In this document: in pieces, positions 19,852 through 29,279 of the stretch
Layout: each line of letters starts with the position of its first letter
Numbering within the stretch: position 1 is the first letter of the stretch
Assembly: GCA_963709585.1 (NCBI GenBank)
Contig: CAVPXI010000016.1
Span: 133,063-197,062, forward strand
DNA: 64,000 bases
Source: Candidatus Dormiibacterota bacterium
Lineage (GTDB): Bacteria; Chloroflexota; Dormibacteria; Aeolococcales; Aeolococcaceae
Direction of reading: 5' to 3'
Made by a program: the position numbers and the translations under genes
Notes under the pieces: generated by a model
Database searches by the model: none
What the model was told of the DNA's origin: nothing
What the model saw: the letters and a program-made list of their open reading frames with translations, nothing else

Positions 19852-21105
19852 CTAGTCCCGGGCGAAGCCGAGCCGCCGCCGGCTGCGTTTCTTCCCGGAC
19901 GGCTCGGCGACGGATTCCGGGTCGGCGTCGCCGGTGAGCGCGGACGCGAGACGTTCGAACGCGGCGGTCGCGGGCGAGGAATGGCCGCCGATCACGATCG
20001 GCACCCCCGAGCTGACCGATCCGCCGATCGCGGTCGCGTCGTGAGGGATCACAGCAGCGACCGGGTGACGGAGAAAGTCCTCGATCCGAGCGCGATCCAT
20101 GCCGCCGGCGAGCGGAGCGTCGCGGTGGTTCGCTACCACGACGATGCGTTCGGGGTCCACCTGCAGGACGCCGATCACCGACATGATGAGGCGCGTGTTC
20201 TTCACCGAGGTCACGCTGAAGTCGGTGACGAGCACGATGTGATCGGAGTTCTCGAGCGCCTCCAGGGTGATCTCGGAGAGTTGCGAGGTGGTGTCGGCCA
20301 CCACGAGCTCGAAGGTGGAGCGGAGCTCGGCCACCAGGGAGCGCAGATGAGCCGTGGTGACGTAATCGGCGAGCTCGGGGCTTGGTGGCGCCGCGAGCAC
20401 CGTCAGTCCCTGCGGACCGAGCGAGAGCGCCTGCTGGATCACGTGGCGATCGGACATCGCCGCGTCGCTGGCGGCGAACTCGGCGATCGAGCCGTCGGGG
20501 GTCATCGCGAGCAGTGCCGCAACGTCGCCGAACTGCAGCGACAGGTCGACGAGCACGACGCTGCCCGGATGCGGCCGGTTGAGCACGAGGGCCAGGTTGG
20601 TGGCGATGATCGATTTGCCCACCCCGCCCTTGCCGGAGACGACGGTGATCATCCTTCCGTCGCGACGCCGAGCCCCGTCTGAAGCGGCGGGTCCGCCGTT
20701 CGCCGGCTGGCGGATCGACTGTGCTGCCCGCTTGCGTACCTGGAACGCGTGCACCCTGTGGATCGCGGCCACCAGGTCGTCCCCGGCGAACGGCTTCTGG
20801 AGCACCTCGCGTGCGCCCGCGAGCATCGCCCGACGGAACAGCTCGCTGCCGCTCTCCATCGACATCAGGATCACCCCCGCCTGGGGCGCGTACTCGGCGA
20901 GCATCTCGGTCGCCTGGACGCCGTCGAGGCCGGTCAGGCCGGCGTCAAGGATGGCGATGTCCGGGACCAGGTGCAACGCCTCCTGGAGGGCGTGTTCACC
21001 GTCCTCGGCGGTGCCGCAGACGGTGATGTCCTCCTCGGCGGCGAGGCGGCGCAGAAGGTTGGCGCGAATGCGCTCGCTGCCGTCGGCAACCAGGACGCGG
21101 ATCAC
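19852..21105 (-). CDS. cpaE: CpaE/TadZ-like pilus protein 2
   Basis: Receiver (VADG, ILDAG, KP), [19 protein letters not shown]-terminal KKRSRRRLGF. Confidence 0.88.
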   Translation of the reverse strand: MIRVLVADGSERIRANLLRRLAAEEDITVCGTAEDGEHALQEALHLVPDIAILDAGLTGLDGVQATEMLAEYAPQAGVILMSMESGSELFRRAMLAGAREVLQKPFAGDDLVAAIHRVHAFQVRKRAAQSIRQPANGGPAASDGARRRDGRMITVVSGKGGVGKSIIATNLALVLNRPHPGSVVLVDLSLQFGDVAALLAMTPDGSIAEFAASDAAMSDRHVIQQALSLGPQGLTVLAAPPSPELADYVTTAHLRSLVAELRSTFELVVADTTSQLSEITLEALENSDHIVLVTDFSVTSVKNTRLIMSVIGVLQVDPERIVVVANHRDAPLAGGMDRARIEDFLRHPVAAVIPHDATAIGGSVSSGVPIVIGGHSSPATAAFERLASALTGDADPESVAEPSGKKRSRRRLGFARD

Positions 21106-21117
21106 GGCGCCACCACC

Positions 21118-22358
21118 TTACCTCCGACCCAGGCTGAATCGCCGGCGGTAGACGGGAGGCTCGGGCGCGGGCACCTCGCCAGTTTCATCCTCGGCGACGC
21201 TGTCAGGGACGGTGACGAGCTGTGCCAGCGCCGTCAGGCGGCGAGCCAGCTCGGCGTGTGGCTGGGCCAGAACGAACGGGGTTCCCGAAGTTCGAGCGAT
21301 GGGTCGACCCGCGGGTCGTAGGGAAGATCGACGAGGGTGCGCCGGCCGAGAATCTCCTCGATGTCCTCGCGGCGGTAGTTTGTGCGCGGACGCGTGTGGT
21401 TGAGGACGACGTCGACGCGGTCCGGGTCGATGCCGAGCGCTTCGAGCAGCAGCAGGGTCGCCTTGGTTCCTCGCACCGCACTGAGGTTGTAGCTGGTCAC
21501 GAGCAGGACGCGGTCAGCCAGCTCGAAGGCATCAAGCACCCGCTCATCGATGTGGGAAGGAGTATCGATGACCACGAACTCGTGTCCCCGGGCCGCCGTC
21601 CGGATGATCGAGCGGAGACTGGCGGTGGCGATCGCCTCGCCGAGCTCCGGGCTCGATGGGGCGCGCAGGACCCTGACCTCCCCGGGACCGGTGGCAAGAA
21701 CCTCGTCGAGCACCGCGCTCGCGACGTCATCGCCGAGCGGTGCCAGGTCCGCGATCGAGGGCAGATGGTGTTCGACGTGCAGCATTCCAGCGGCGTCCCC
21801 GAACTGGAGATCGGTGTCCACCAGGACCGCGCGTCCGCCGGCACCGTCGGCGAGCGCGACCGCGAGGTTGGTCGCGACCATCGACGTACCGGTTCCGCCC
21901 TTCCCGGAGAACGCGACCAGCACGATCCCCCGGCCTCGAGGTGCTCGAACCGCGCGTAGGGTCGCGCCGACGACCGGATCCGCGGTGCCCGGGCGCGGGT
22001 AGTCCTCGAGACCGACCGCGGTGCGGATTGCGATGAGGAGCTCCGCACCGCCGGCCGAGTCACTGATCGCCCCCGCGATCCGAGCGTCCGTATCCAGAGG
22101 CGCGTCCCCGGATGTCATGAGCAGCACCCGGGTTGCCGGGGACGCCGCGCCGAGATGCGCGGCGAAGTCAGCCTCGGGCAGATCGGTGAAACCCTCGTGG
22201 ATCACGAGCAGATCGGGTTGGCGCATGCGCGCTTCCTCGATGACAGATGACGCGTGGTGCGCGACGCCGCACACCTCGACGACGTCACCGTACGGCCCGA
22301 GCTTCTCGAGGTCGCCGACGATTCGCGCGATCTCGTCCGCAATGAGTACGCGGATCAC
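21118..22358 (-). CDS. cpaE: CpaE/TadZ-like pilus protein 3 with pseudo-receiver (frameshift near 21290)
   Basis: IADE..VIHEG with no phospho-Asp, SGKGGTGTS, VDTDLQFGD. The shifted frame continues SGTPFVLAQP...YRRRFSLGRR to TAA at 21118. Confidence 0.82.
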
Positions 22359-22460
22359 GTCCACCCCCCGCGTGCCGAGTGCATTGATCGCATGGTACGG
22401 CGAATTCCGAACACGCGGATCCGGTGCACCGCGTCGCGACACAGGCGTTCACAACAGCAA

Positions 22461-22497
22461 TAAAAAAGAGGAGCCGACCCGTTGGCCGGCTCCTCTT
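22461..22497 (-). terminator. Rho-independent terminator after flp
   Basis: AAGAGGAGCCGGCC-aacg-GGTCGGCTCCTCTT followed by TTTTA on the minus strand. Confidence 0.88.
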
Positions 22498-22521
22498 GAC
22501 TGTCCTGGTTGCTTGTAAAAG

Positions 22522-22722
22522 CTACGAGGCCAGGCCGTTGCTGATGTTCGAGAACACGTTGTTGACCTGCTTGCCGACGACTTGCAGGATAACGATAACG
22601 ACGATGGCGATAAGGACGAGGATGAGCGCATACTCAACCATGCCCTGGCCTTCCTCAGCCTCCTCACGCTTGCGAGCGATGAACTCTGTTGCGCGAAGGT
22701 ACAGGGTGCTCAGCATATCCAT
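22522..22722 (-). CDS. flp: Flp family type IVb/c pilin
   Basis: EEGQGMVEYALIL cleavage/Flp motif, hydrophobic helix, strong AAAGGAGGTGA RBS. Confidence 0.96.
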   Translation of the reverse strand: MDMLSTLYLRATEFIARKREEAEEGQGMVEYALILVLIAIVVIVILQVVGKQVNNVFSNISNGLAS

Positions 22723-22955
22723 TCTTGTTCACCTCCTTTCGGGTTGTATTTTCGAGGCCGAGACGAATGCTCGGACCCGACTGCTGCGAGTGTGGACCCC
22801 TGCTGCTGCAACGGGAATGGCCTGCGTGCTAAAGATTGGTAACGAAGGATCGGACACGACGCGGACAGTGCGCAGGCAACGAGAAACCGTGGTGATTCGA
22901 TGACAACCGCGCTACGAGAGCGTCGCCCTGAATTCGCCTGACCTAAACTCCGGCC

Positions 22956-23675
22956 ATGGCCGAGGCGGTCGCGATTCCAGCACGCCGCGGGGACCTGGGA
23001 CGTCGCGTCGAGGAGATCCGTTTCCTGGTCTTCGGGCGCTCACTTCCAGCCATGCTCTTCGCGCTCCTTGGATGGCGCGTGCTCCTGAATCTCCTCTCCC
23101 AGATGCGCATGCTTCCCATTCATGCCGGAGTCGGGGACGTCCTGGCCGGTCCGCTCACCACGGGTGTCTACCTGCTCTTCTGTGTCATCCCGGTCGGGAT
23201 CTACCTGGTACGGCCGAGGCCGCGTGCCCGTGACGGTCGCGCCATCGCGCGAGCTGCCGGCCTGGTCGGGACCACGATGCTCCTGGTGGTCGGAGCGTTT
23301 CCGAACCCCGTGCTGCTCACGCCGCCGGCCGTCGTGCGGGGAATCTCCGCCACGTTGGCGCTCGGAGCCTTCGCCCTCGGCGTGTATGGCCTCCTCTACC
23401 TTCGCCGCAGCCTGAGCATCATCCCCGAGGCCCGTCGCCTGGTGACAGGCGGCCCCTACCGGCTGATCCGCCATCCGCTCTACGCAGCCGAGATCCTCGC
23501 CGCCTTTGCGCTGGTCCTCGCCCGGCCCGGGCTGTGGGCGACGTTGATGCTGGTGCCGTTCATCACGGTGCAGATGCTCAGAGCTCGTTTCGAGGAGGGA
23601 TTGCTCTCCCGAATATTTCCCGAGTACAAGCTCTACGCCGCGCACACGCCGCGCCTCATTCCGTTGGTGTGGTAG
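22956..23675 (+). CDS. Isoprenylcysteine carboxyl methyltransferase (ICMT/PEMT) family membrane protein
   Basis: LVTGGPYRLIRHPLY, RARFEE..L, multiple TM segments. TAAACT 6 nt before the ATG suggests a leaderless mRNA. Confidence 0.87.
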   Translation: MAEAVAIPARRGDLGRRVEEIRFLVFGRSLPAMLFALLGWRVLLNLLSQMRMLPIHAGVGDVLAGPLTTGVYLLFCVIPVGIYLVRPRPRARDGRAIARAAGLVGTTMLLVVGAFPNPVLLTPPAVVRGISATLALGAFALGVYGLLYLRRSLSIIPEARRLVTGGPYRLIRHPLYAAEILAAFALVLARPGLWATLMLVPFITVQMLRARFEEGLLSRIFPEYKLYAAHTPRLIPLVW

Positions 23676-23723
23676 ATGGCCGCGGTTCGCGCGCAGCCAA
23701 CCGATGCTAATGTGGATCGGCCG

Positions 23724-24413
23724 ATGTCCACAGAGTCCAAGCACCCCTGCACCCAGGGCGGCTGCACGTCCCAGGACGGCGCGCCGTGCGAATACGTTGA
23801 TCGCCGCGGACGCGAATGCCGCACCGCGTGGTGCATCGAGCATCGCGTGACCATCGAGGACCGGGTGTACTGCCGCCGTCACGCGGGAGTCGTCAGCGCA
23901 CTGCCGAGCCTCGACAGCTCCCCGGCGGTATCCCTGCCCGACCTCGACAACCGTGCGCCGTCGCTGGTGGGTTGGGTGTCCCGGCAGATCGACGGCGACG
24001 TCTGGCGCCTCCTGCTCAAGGAGCTCGCGTCGGGCAGCGGCGGTCAGCTGATTGCCGACCCGGTGACGCTCGTCTTCGTGGGCATCGGCCGGCAGCGCGC
24101 GTGGGAGCGGTCCTGGCGGCTCGACAGCCACGTCGGCATCGCCCACCGGGTGAGCATCCTGGTCGAGGAGATCGACGACACCATGATTACCGTCAAGGTC
24201 GGCGGGAACACGGTGGAGCAGCTCGTCCCACCCTGGATTCAGCATCGGGTGCGCGGCGAGGCGGTCGGGCCGGATGAGGACCGCAAAGAGCGCGAAGAGT
24301 TCTATCAGCGCGTGCTCGATTCGATCGAGCGTGGCCTCGGACACGAGCGCGATCTTTCTCAGTACATGGCGGAGGGTCGCCTCGGCGCGCCACAGGGTGG
24401 GGCGGGGGGATAA
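23724..24413 (+). CDS. Hypothetical protein with an N-terminal Cys/His zinc-finger-like domain
   Basis: CTQGGC..C..C..CIEH..CRRH. Lies 2 nt before the receiver gene. Start is 23724 or 23676. Confidence 0.7.
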   Translation: MSTESKHPCTQGGCTSQDGAPCEYVDRRGRECRTAWCIEHRVTIEDRVYCRRHAGVVSALPSLDSSPAVSLPDLDNRAPSLVGWVSRQIDGDVWRLLLKELASGSGGQLIADPVTLVFVGIGRQRAWERSWRLDSHVGIAHRVSILVEEIDDTMITVKVGGNTVEQLVPPWIQHRVRGEAVGPDEDRKEREEFYQRVLDSIERGLGHERDLSQYMAEGRLGAPQGGAGG

Positions 24414-24415
24414 GT

Positions 24416-24805
24416 GTGACCCGGGGCAGCATCCTCATCGTCGACGACGACCCCAGGCTCCTGCACATCGTCGCGATGTATCTCGGCATCGAGGGGTACG
24501 AGGTGTCCACCGCGGAGAACGGCGAGGACGGCCTCGCGCAGGTCGAGGCGCGCGCCCCTGACCTCGTGATCCTGGACATCATGATGCCCGGCATGGACGG
24601 CATCGAGACGTGCAAGCGCATTCGCAGCAACCCGCCGACCGCCGACGTGCCGATCGTCATGTTCAGCGCCCTGTCGAGCGATGACGACATCGAGCGTGCC
24701 CGCCTGGCCGGCGCGAACCACCTGATCACCAAGCCGTTCAACCTGGTCGGCCTCGGGTCGGTGGTCAAGACCTTCTTTCCAGCGGACGTCCGGTCGACCC
24801 GCTGA
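24416..24805 (+). CDS. Single-domain response regulator
   Basis: IVDDD, ILDIMMPGMDG, ITKPF. Confidence 0.92.
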   Translation: MTRGSILIVDDDPRLLHIVAMYLGIEGYEVSTAENGEDGLAQVEARAPDLVILDIMMPGMDGIETCKRIRSNPPTADVPIVMFSALSSDDDIERARLAGANHLITKPFNLVGLGSVVKTFFPADVRSTR

Positions 24806-24820
24806 CCCGGCGCTCGGCGG

Positions 24821-25399
24821 TCAGACCGGCGGGGTGACGACGACCGCGTTCTGGGCGAAGTGGTCACCCAGGTTGGAAGGGAGGACGGGCCCGAAGAGCG
24901 TGCGGACCTGCGGCTCGAGTCGCACCACCTGACCGCTCAGCGTGGCGGCATGAATATCCTGTGACATCGTCGCGTGCGTGGTCGCATTCGAGCCGCTCAC
25001 GGAGATCGCCACCAGGAAGAGGATGAGCACCTCGGCGACGCCGATCACCGCGCCCACCAGCACCCCGCCGATGCGGTTGAAGGCTGCGACCGCAATCTTG
25101 TCCAGACGTTCGTTCAAGAGCGCGCCCAGCACCTCGACCACGATGACCACGAAGAGGAAGACCGCCACGAACGACCAGGCATTGGCATCGACCTGGTGCG
25201 CGTGGACCAACGCCGCAATCGCGTTCCCGAGGTTCGCGGCAGCGAAGCACGCGACGAAGACGCCCACCGCGGTGAAGAGGCGGCGGATCAGTCCGTGGCT
25301 CCAGCCCAGATATGCGTTCGCTCCTATGGCAACGACCAGCAGCGCGTCTGCGAAAACCTGGCCCGGCGTACTGTCGATAGATGCGGCGATCGCGCCCAC
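24821..25399 (-). CDS. cvpA: CvpA family membrane protein
   Basis: AYLGWSHGLIR, four TM segments, NRIGGVLVGAVIG. Confidence 0.8.
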   Translation of the reverse strand: MGAIAASIDSTPGQVFADALLVVAIGANAYLGWSHGLIRRLFTAVGVFVACFAAANLGNAIAALVHAHQVDANAWSFVAVFLFVVIVVEVLGALLNERLDKIAVAAFNRIGGVLVGAVIGVAEVLILFLVAISVSGSNATTHATMSQDIHAATLSGQVVRLEPQVRTLFGPVLPSNLGDHFAQNAVVVTPPV

Positions 25400-25459
25400 C
25401 CGGTGACCGTAACATGCGTTCGCCGTCCTGGAACCGAGATTTCGTTACAGAATTGCTCT

Positions 25460-26287
25460 GTGCAACCCCTTCTGCGCACCACTCGCGGCGATGTCTCGGC
25501 ACGCAAGACATACGATCTGCTCGACGAGCCCACCGGCCCCGACTACGCCGGGCTCCTCGAGTGCGCCCTGGTCCAGTGCACCACCGCGGTGCTCACGGTG
25601 CCTTCGACAGAGATGGATCCGGAGGGGCAGGCCACGGTTGAAAGCCTGGCGCGATTCCAGCAGGCTAAAAGCATCACCGCGGCCGGGAGCCTGGTCCGCT
25701 ATGCGCTGAGCCGGGAGAGCATCACCGTGCTCCAGGAGGCGACGAGCGGCCTCTACGGGTGGCAGCGTCCCGGCCTTCCGGATAATCTCTGCCTCTATCG
25801 AGGTGACGGCAGCCCGTGGCTGGTGTCGAGCGCCGGCGCTCACATCGGGTACCTCGAGGTCTCACCCTTCGAGAAGCTGCTGATCGGGCGCACCGCTCCC
25901 GGGCTCATCGCGGTGCTGGCGCATCAGAGCGCGCGCGACGCGATCCTCGCATACATGGAGCGGCGCTTTGAAACCAACGTGACCTCGCTGACCGAGCAGC
26001 TCACTGACTACGCGCGCATCGTCGTGGGTGACGGCCGCGAGGGCCTCGTTGACGCACTCGAGGACTGGATGCGCTGCGGGGAGGAGGCACGGATCTCGGC
26101 GGCGCTCGAAGTGGCCCGCGCGCTCCGGCTCGTGGAGCTCCGGGACACGGTGGCATCCATGCTGCGCGCTTCCATGCGGGACGACGCCACCGTGCCCGAG
26201 GTCTACCGGTCGGTGCCGGCCCTCCGGTCGCGCTGGCGCATCGCCCGCCGGCGTCAGCTCGAACGCGTGCTGCGCCAGCTGTCCTGA
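25460..26287 (+). CDS. Hypothetical protein
   Basis: Open frame with LYGWQRPGLPDNLCLYRGDGSPWL and a helical C-terminus. CAGAAT lies 6 nt before GTG 25460. Confidence 0.65.
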   Translation: MQPLLRTTRGDVSARKTYDLLDEPTGPDYAGLLECALVQCTTAVLTVPSTEMDPEGQATVESLARFQQAKSITAAGSLVRYALSRESITVLQEATSGLYGWQRPGLPDNLCLYRGDGSPWLVSSAGAHIGYLEVSPFEKLLIGRTAPGLIAVLAHQSARDAILAYMERRFETNVTSLTEQLTDYARIVVGDGREGLVDALEDWMRCGEEARISAALEVARALRLVELRDTVASMLRASMRDDATVPEVYRSVPALRSRWRIARRRQLERVLRQLS

Positions 26288-26297
26288 GGGACCGGCG

Positions 26298-27242
26298 TCA
26301 GCCGCCGGACCCGAACTGGTGCGCGACCTCGATGACCGCCGGACCGAGGAGGACGATGAACAGCGTCGGGAAGATGCAGCCGACCATCGGGAAGAGCATC
26401 TTCAGGGGGGCTTTCTGACCCTGCTCCTCGGCGCGCTGACGGCGCTTGCGCCGGATCTCCTCCGATTGGATTCTGAGCACGTTGGCGACGCCCACGCCGA
26501 GCTGTTCCGACTGGATGATCGCCTGGATGAAGTTGCTCAGTTCCTCGACCTTGCAGCGACGGCCGACATCATCGAGCGCCTCGAGGCGCGGGCGACCGAG
26601 GCGAACCTCGTTGAGCATGATCGACAGCTCACGAGAAAATGCGTTGTTGTATTTCTCGACAACCCTGGTCAGCGCGGCGTCGAAGCTGAGTTCCGCTTCC
26701 ACCGAGATGGTCAGCAGGTCGAGCGCGCTCGGAAGCGCGAGCAGGATCTCCTTCTGCCGCTTCTTGATCCGGCGGGCAACCACCATCTGCGGCGCGAGGT
26801 AGCCGAGGATCAGACCGCCCGCCGGGACCGCCGCAAACAGCGGCATGGTCAGCGCGCCGAGGAGCGCGAGAGCGAACCCGATGGCGGTGAAGAGCATCAT
26901 CAGCAGCAGCCGAAGCGCGAGGAAGCCCGACGCGTTGAGCCCCCACGGGCGCCCCGCAAGGTTCAACTTCTCCTGCAACGCGTCGGTGCCGCCCTGACTG
27001 GCGTTCCGGCTCAGCCGATTGCCGATCTTGTCCAGGAAGGGGCGCACCACACGATCGAAGAGGGGCAGCGACATCTCGACTTCCGCGAGCGTCGCCGGCG
27101 CGCGCCCGGCCTCGGCGAACTGTGCGAGCCGCGCCTCGAGCAGGTCGCCCTGTCGCGGTGAGACCGACATGGCCGCGCCGAATGCGATGAGCAGGATGCC
27201 GCCGCCGAGGGCGACCGCGAGACCGATGGCGAGAAGACTCAC
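26298..27242 (-). CDS. tadC: Tad pilus inner-membrane platform protein TadC (T2SSF family)
   Basis: LPSALDLLTISVEAELSFDAAL, QSEQLG, AEEQGQKAPLKMLFP. Confidence 0.93.
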   Translation of the reverse strand: MSLLAIGLAVALGGGILLIAFGAAMSVSPRQGDLLEARLAQFAEAGRAPATLAEVEMSLPLFDRVVRPFLDKIGNRLSRNASQGGTDALQEKLNLAGRPWGLNASGFLALRLLLMMLFTAIGFALALLGALTMPLFAAVPAGGLILGYLAPQMVVARRIKKRQKEILLALPSALDLLTISVEAELSFDAALTRVVEKYNNAFSRELSIMLNEVRLGRPRLEALDDVGRRCKVEELSNFIQAIIQSEQLGVGVANVLRIQSEEIRRKRRQRAEEQGQKAPLKMLFPMVGCIFPTLFIVLLGPAVIEVAHQFGSGG

Positions 27243-27243
27243 G

Positions 27244-28224
27244 TCAGACCTCGATCTTGACGATCTTCTGGATCGCGACCGCCCCGATTGCGATCGAGAA
27301 GATCGCAACGCCGAGCATGATGTGCCCGAGCGGGTCGGTGATCATCGGATCGAAATACGCTGGTGAGATGAGAGCAAGGAATCCCGCCAGCGCGATCGGC
27401 AGGATCGTGATGATCCAGCCCGACGCGCGGGCCTGCGCGGTCAGGGTCCGGATCTCGCCCTGGATCCGCACTCGCTCGCGGATCGTGTACGCGATGGTGT
27501 CGAGGATTTCGGCGAGGTTGCCGCCGACCACGCGCTGGATCTGCACAGCCGTGACCATGAGGTCGAAGTCCTCGGACTTGTTACGCGTGACCATGTGGTT
27601 GAGCGCGTCGTCGACATTGATGCCGAGCGCGATTTCGCGTGTCGCGCGCGCGAATTCCTCCGAGATTGGGGGATTGGCGTTCTTGGCGACCGAGGCAAGC
27701 GCCTGCGCGAACGAGTGGCCGGCTTTGAGCGCGTTGCTCAGCAGCATCAGCGTGTCGCCGAGCTGATTGTTGAACGCACGGGTGCGCCGCCTCTGGCGGA
27801 ACTTCAGGAACAAGCCGCTCAGGAAGTAGATGATGATCGGGCAGGGGACGAACGCGATCGGCGAGCCGTAGCGGAAGGCGACAAGCAGGCCGACCAGAAC
27901 ACCCAGGCCGACGACGGCAAGGAGCCACTCTGACGACTTCAGCTTGAGGTCGGCCTTCTGCAGATCGTCGGCGAGCTTGCCCGTATGCGAGGTACGCGAG
28001 AGCAGCGGGTTGATGCTGTTGGTGAGCCCGCCAAGCAGGTCCCGTATCGCGTTGCCGGTCTTCACCCGGGGCGGGGCGGTCACCGCCAGCGTGTCGCCTC
28101 CGTACTGGTTGAGGCGTCGCGCCATCTCCCCAGCCTGGCTTTGCCCGCGGCTGAGGAGGAAGGCGAAGATCGAGAGGACTGCCGACGCGGCCAGGGCCGC
28201 GGCGACGATTGCGGCTGGCGTCAT
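27244..28224 (-). CDS. tadB: Tad pilus inner-membrane platform protein TadB
   Basis: FNNQLGDTL..LKAGHSF, IQRVVGGNLAEILD, LTAQARASG. Confidence 0.93.
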   Translation of the reverse strand: MTPAAIVAAALAASAVLSIFAFLLSRGQSQAGEMARRLNQYGGDTLAVTAPPRVKTGNAIRDLLGGLTNSINPLLSRTSHTGKLADDLQKADLKLKSSEWLLAVVGLGVLVGLLVAFRYGSPIAFVPCPIIIYFLSGLFLKFRQRRRTRAFNNQLGDTLMLLSNALKAGHSFAQALASVAKNANPPISEEFARATREIALGINVDDALNHMVTRNKSEDFDLMVTAVQIQRVVGGNLAEILDTIAYTIRERVRIQGEIRTLTAQARASGWIITILPIALAGFLALISPAYFDPMITDPLGHIMLGVAIFSIAIGAVAIQKIVKIEV

Positions 28225-28229
28225 TGCCG

Positions 28230-29075
28230 TCAGCCGCCGAAGAGGCTGTCCAGCGTGCTTGGTGTCACGATGGTCTGCTTCACCGATGGGACGTTGGGCG
28301 GACCGCTCGACTCGTAGTTCGGGGTGTATCCGCTCGCGGACAGCTTGCCCCATTCGGACTGCGGCCGAAGCACGTACTTTTCGACGAATTCCTTCCCTGA
28401 ACCGACCATGAGGGCCGAAAGCAGAGGCGCCTCGGCGCGGGGTACTTCAACGAGGAGCACGTCGGCGGCGCCTGCCGCGGTGGTGCCCGCGTTTCCGACG
28501 CGAAGCACCACGAGGTCCTGGAACGTGTAGCGCACACCCAGCGTGCCGGTTGTCGAGGCCACAAGGATGTCGATGTGGTCACCCGGCAGGATGTAGAAGC
28601 CGTCCGACACGAGCGCCCCGCTGAAGCTGTTCGGCGCTAGGGTGCTCGACGTCGGAAGCGACGCATTCGTCGGTATGGCCACGGCGACATAGCCCTTGGT
28701 GATCTGCGTCTCCACCGAGACCGCGGTCGAACCGGTACCGCTCGACGTGATCGACAGTGCCGGAGTTGTGAAGAAACCAGGAACCAACGGCGTGTTGTTG
28801 GCGAGCGCAACCTGGGTGACCTTGCCCACGACCGCGACCGGATCGGTATACGCGTCGCCCGGCTTCGCCGTCGCCGGGACCTGGGTCACGATGACCATGG
28901 CGGGTGTCAGGGTGGTGCCGGCGGGGATGGCGGTGTCGGATACGACAACGCTGACTTGGTTTGCCGGCGAATTGGAGCGCACCAGGAGCAGCACGGCAAT
29001 CGCCGCCGCCGCCGCCAGCACGACTCCAAGAAGCAAGAAGATTCGGCTGTTCGGTTTGTTTGCCTGGATGGCCAC
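28230..29075 (-). CDS. cpaB: Flp pilus assembly protein CpaB/RcpC (SAF domain)
   Basis: N-terminal TM, SAF-like VVVSDTAIPAGT, GYVAVAIP, ILPGDHIDIL, GAGGAG RBS. Confidence 0.88.
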   Translation of the reverse strand: MAIQANKPNSRIFLLLGVVLAAAAAIAVLLLVRSNSPANQVSVVVSDTAIPAGTTLTPAMVIVTQVPATAKPGDAYTDPVAVVGKVTQVALANNTPLVPGFFTTPALSITSSGTGSTAVSVETQITKGYVAVAIPTNASLPTSSTLAPNSFSGALVSDGFYILPGDHIDILVASTTGTLGVRYTFQDLVVLRVGNAGTTAAGAADVLLVEVPRAEAPLLSALMVGSGKEFVEKYVLRPQSEWGKLSASGYTPNYESSGPPNVPSVKQTIVTPSTLDSLFGG

Positions 29076-29279
29076 CTGTTCTCCTCGGTTGACTCAGTGA
29101 ATGTCGGTCACGCCGTTGCGGCTACGCTGCATCCAGCACAGTGATGCTGACCTGGACGACGGCCGCACCCGAGTGTGGATCGAATCTGCCCTGCCGTTCA
29201 TCGCCTTTCGGTAACAAACGCATCGCACAGCGGACGAGCTTGGCCACGCGGCATGTGACCTGGTGGTGTCCACGAACCG

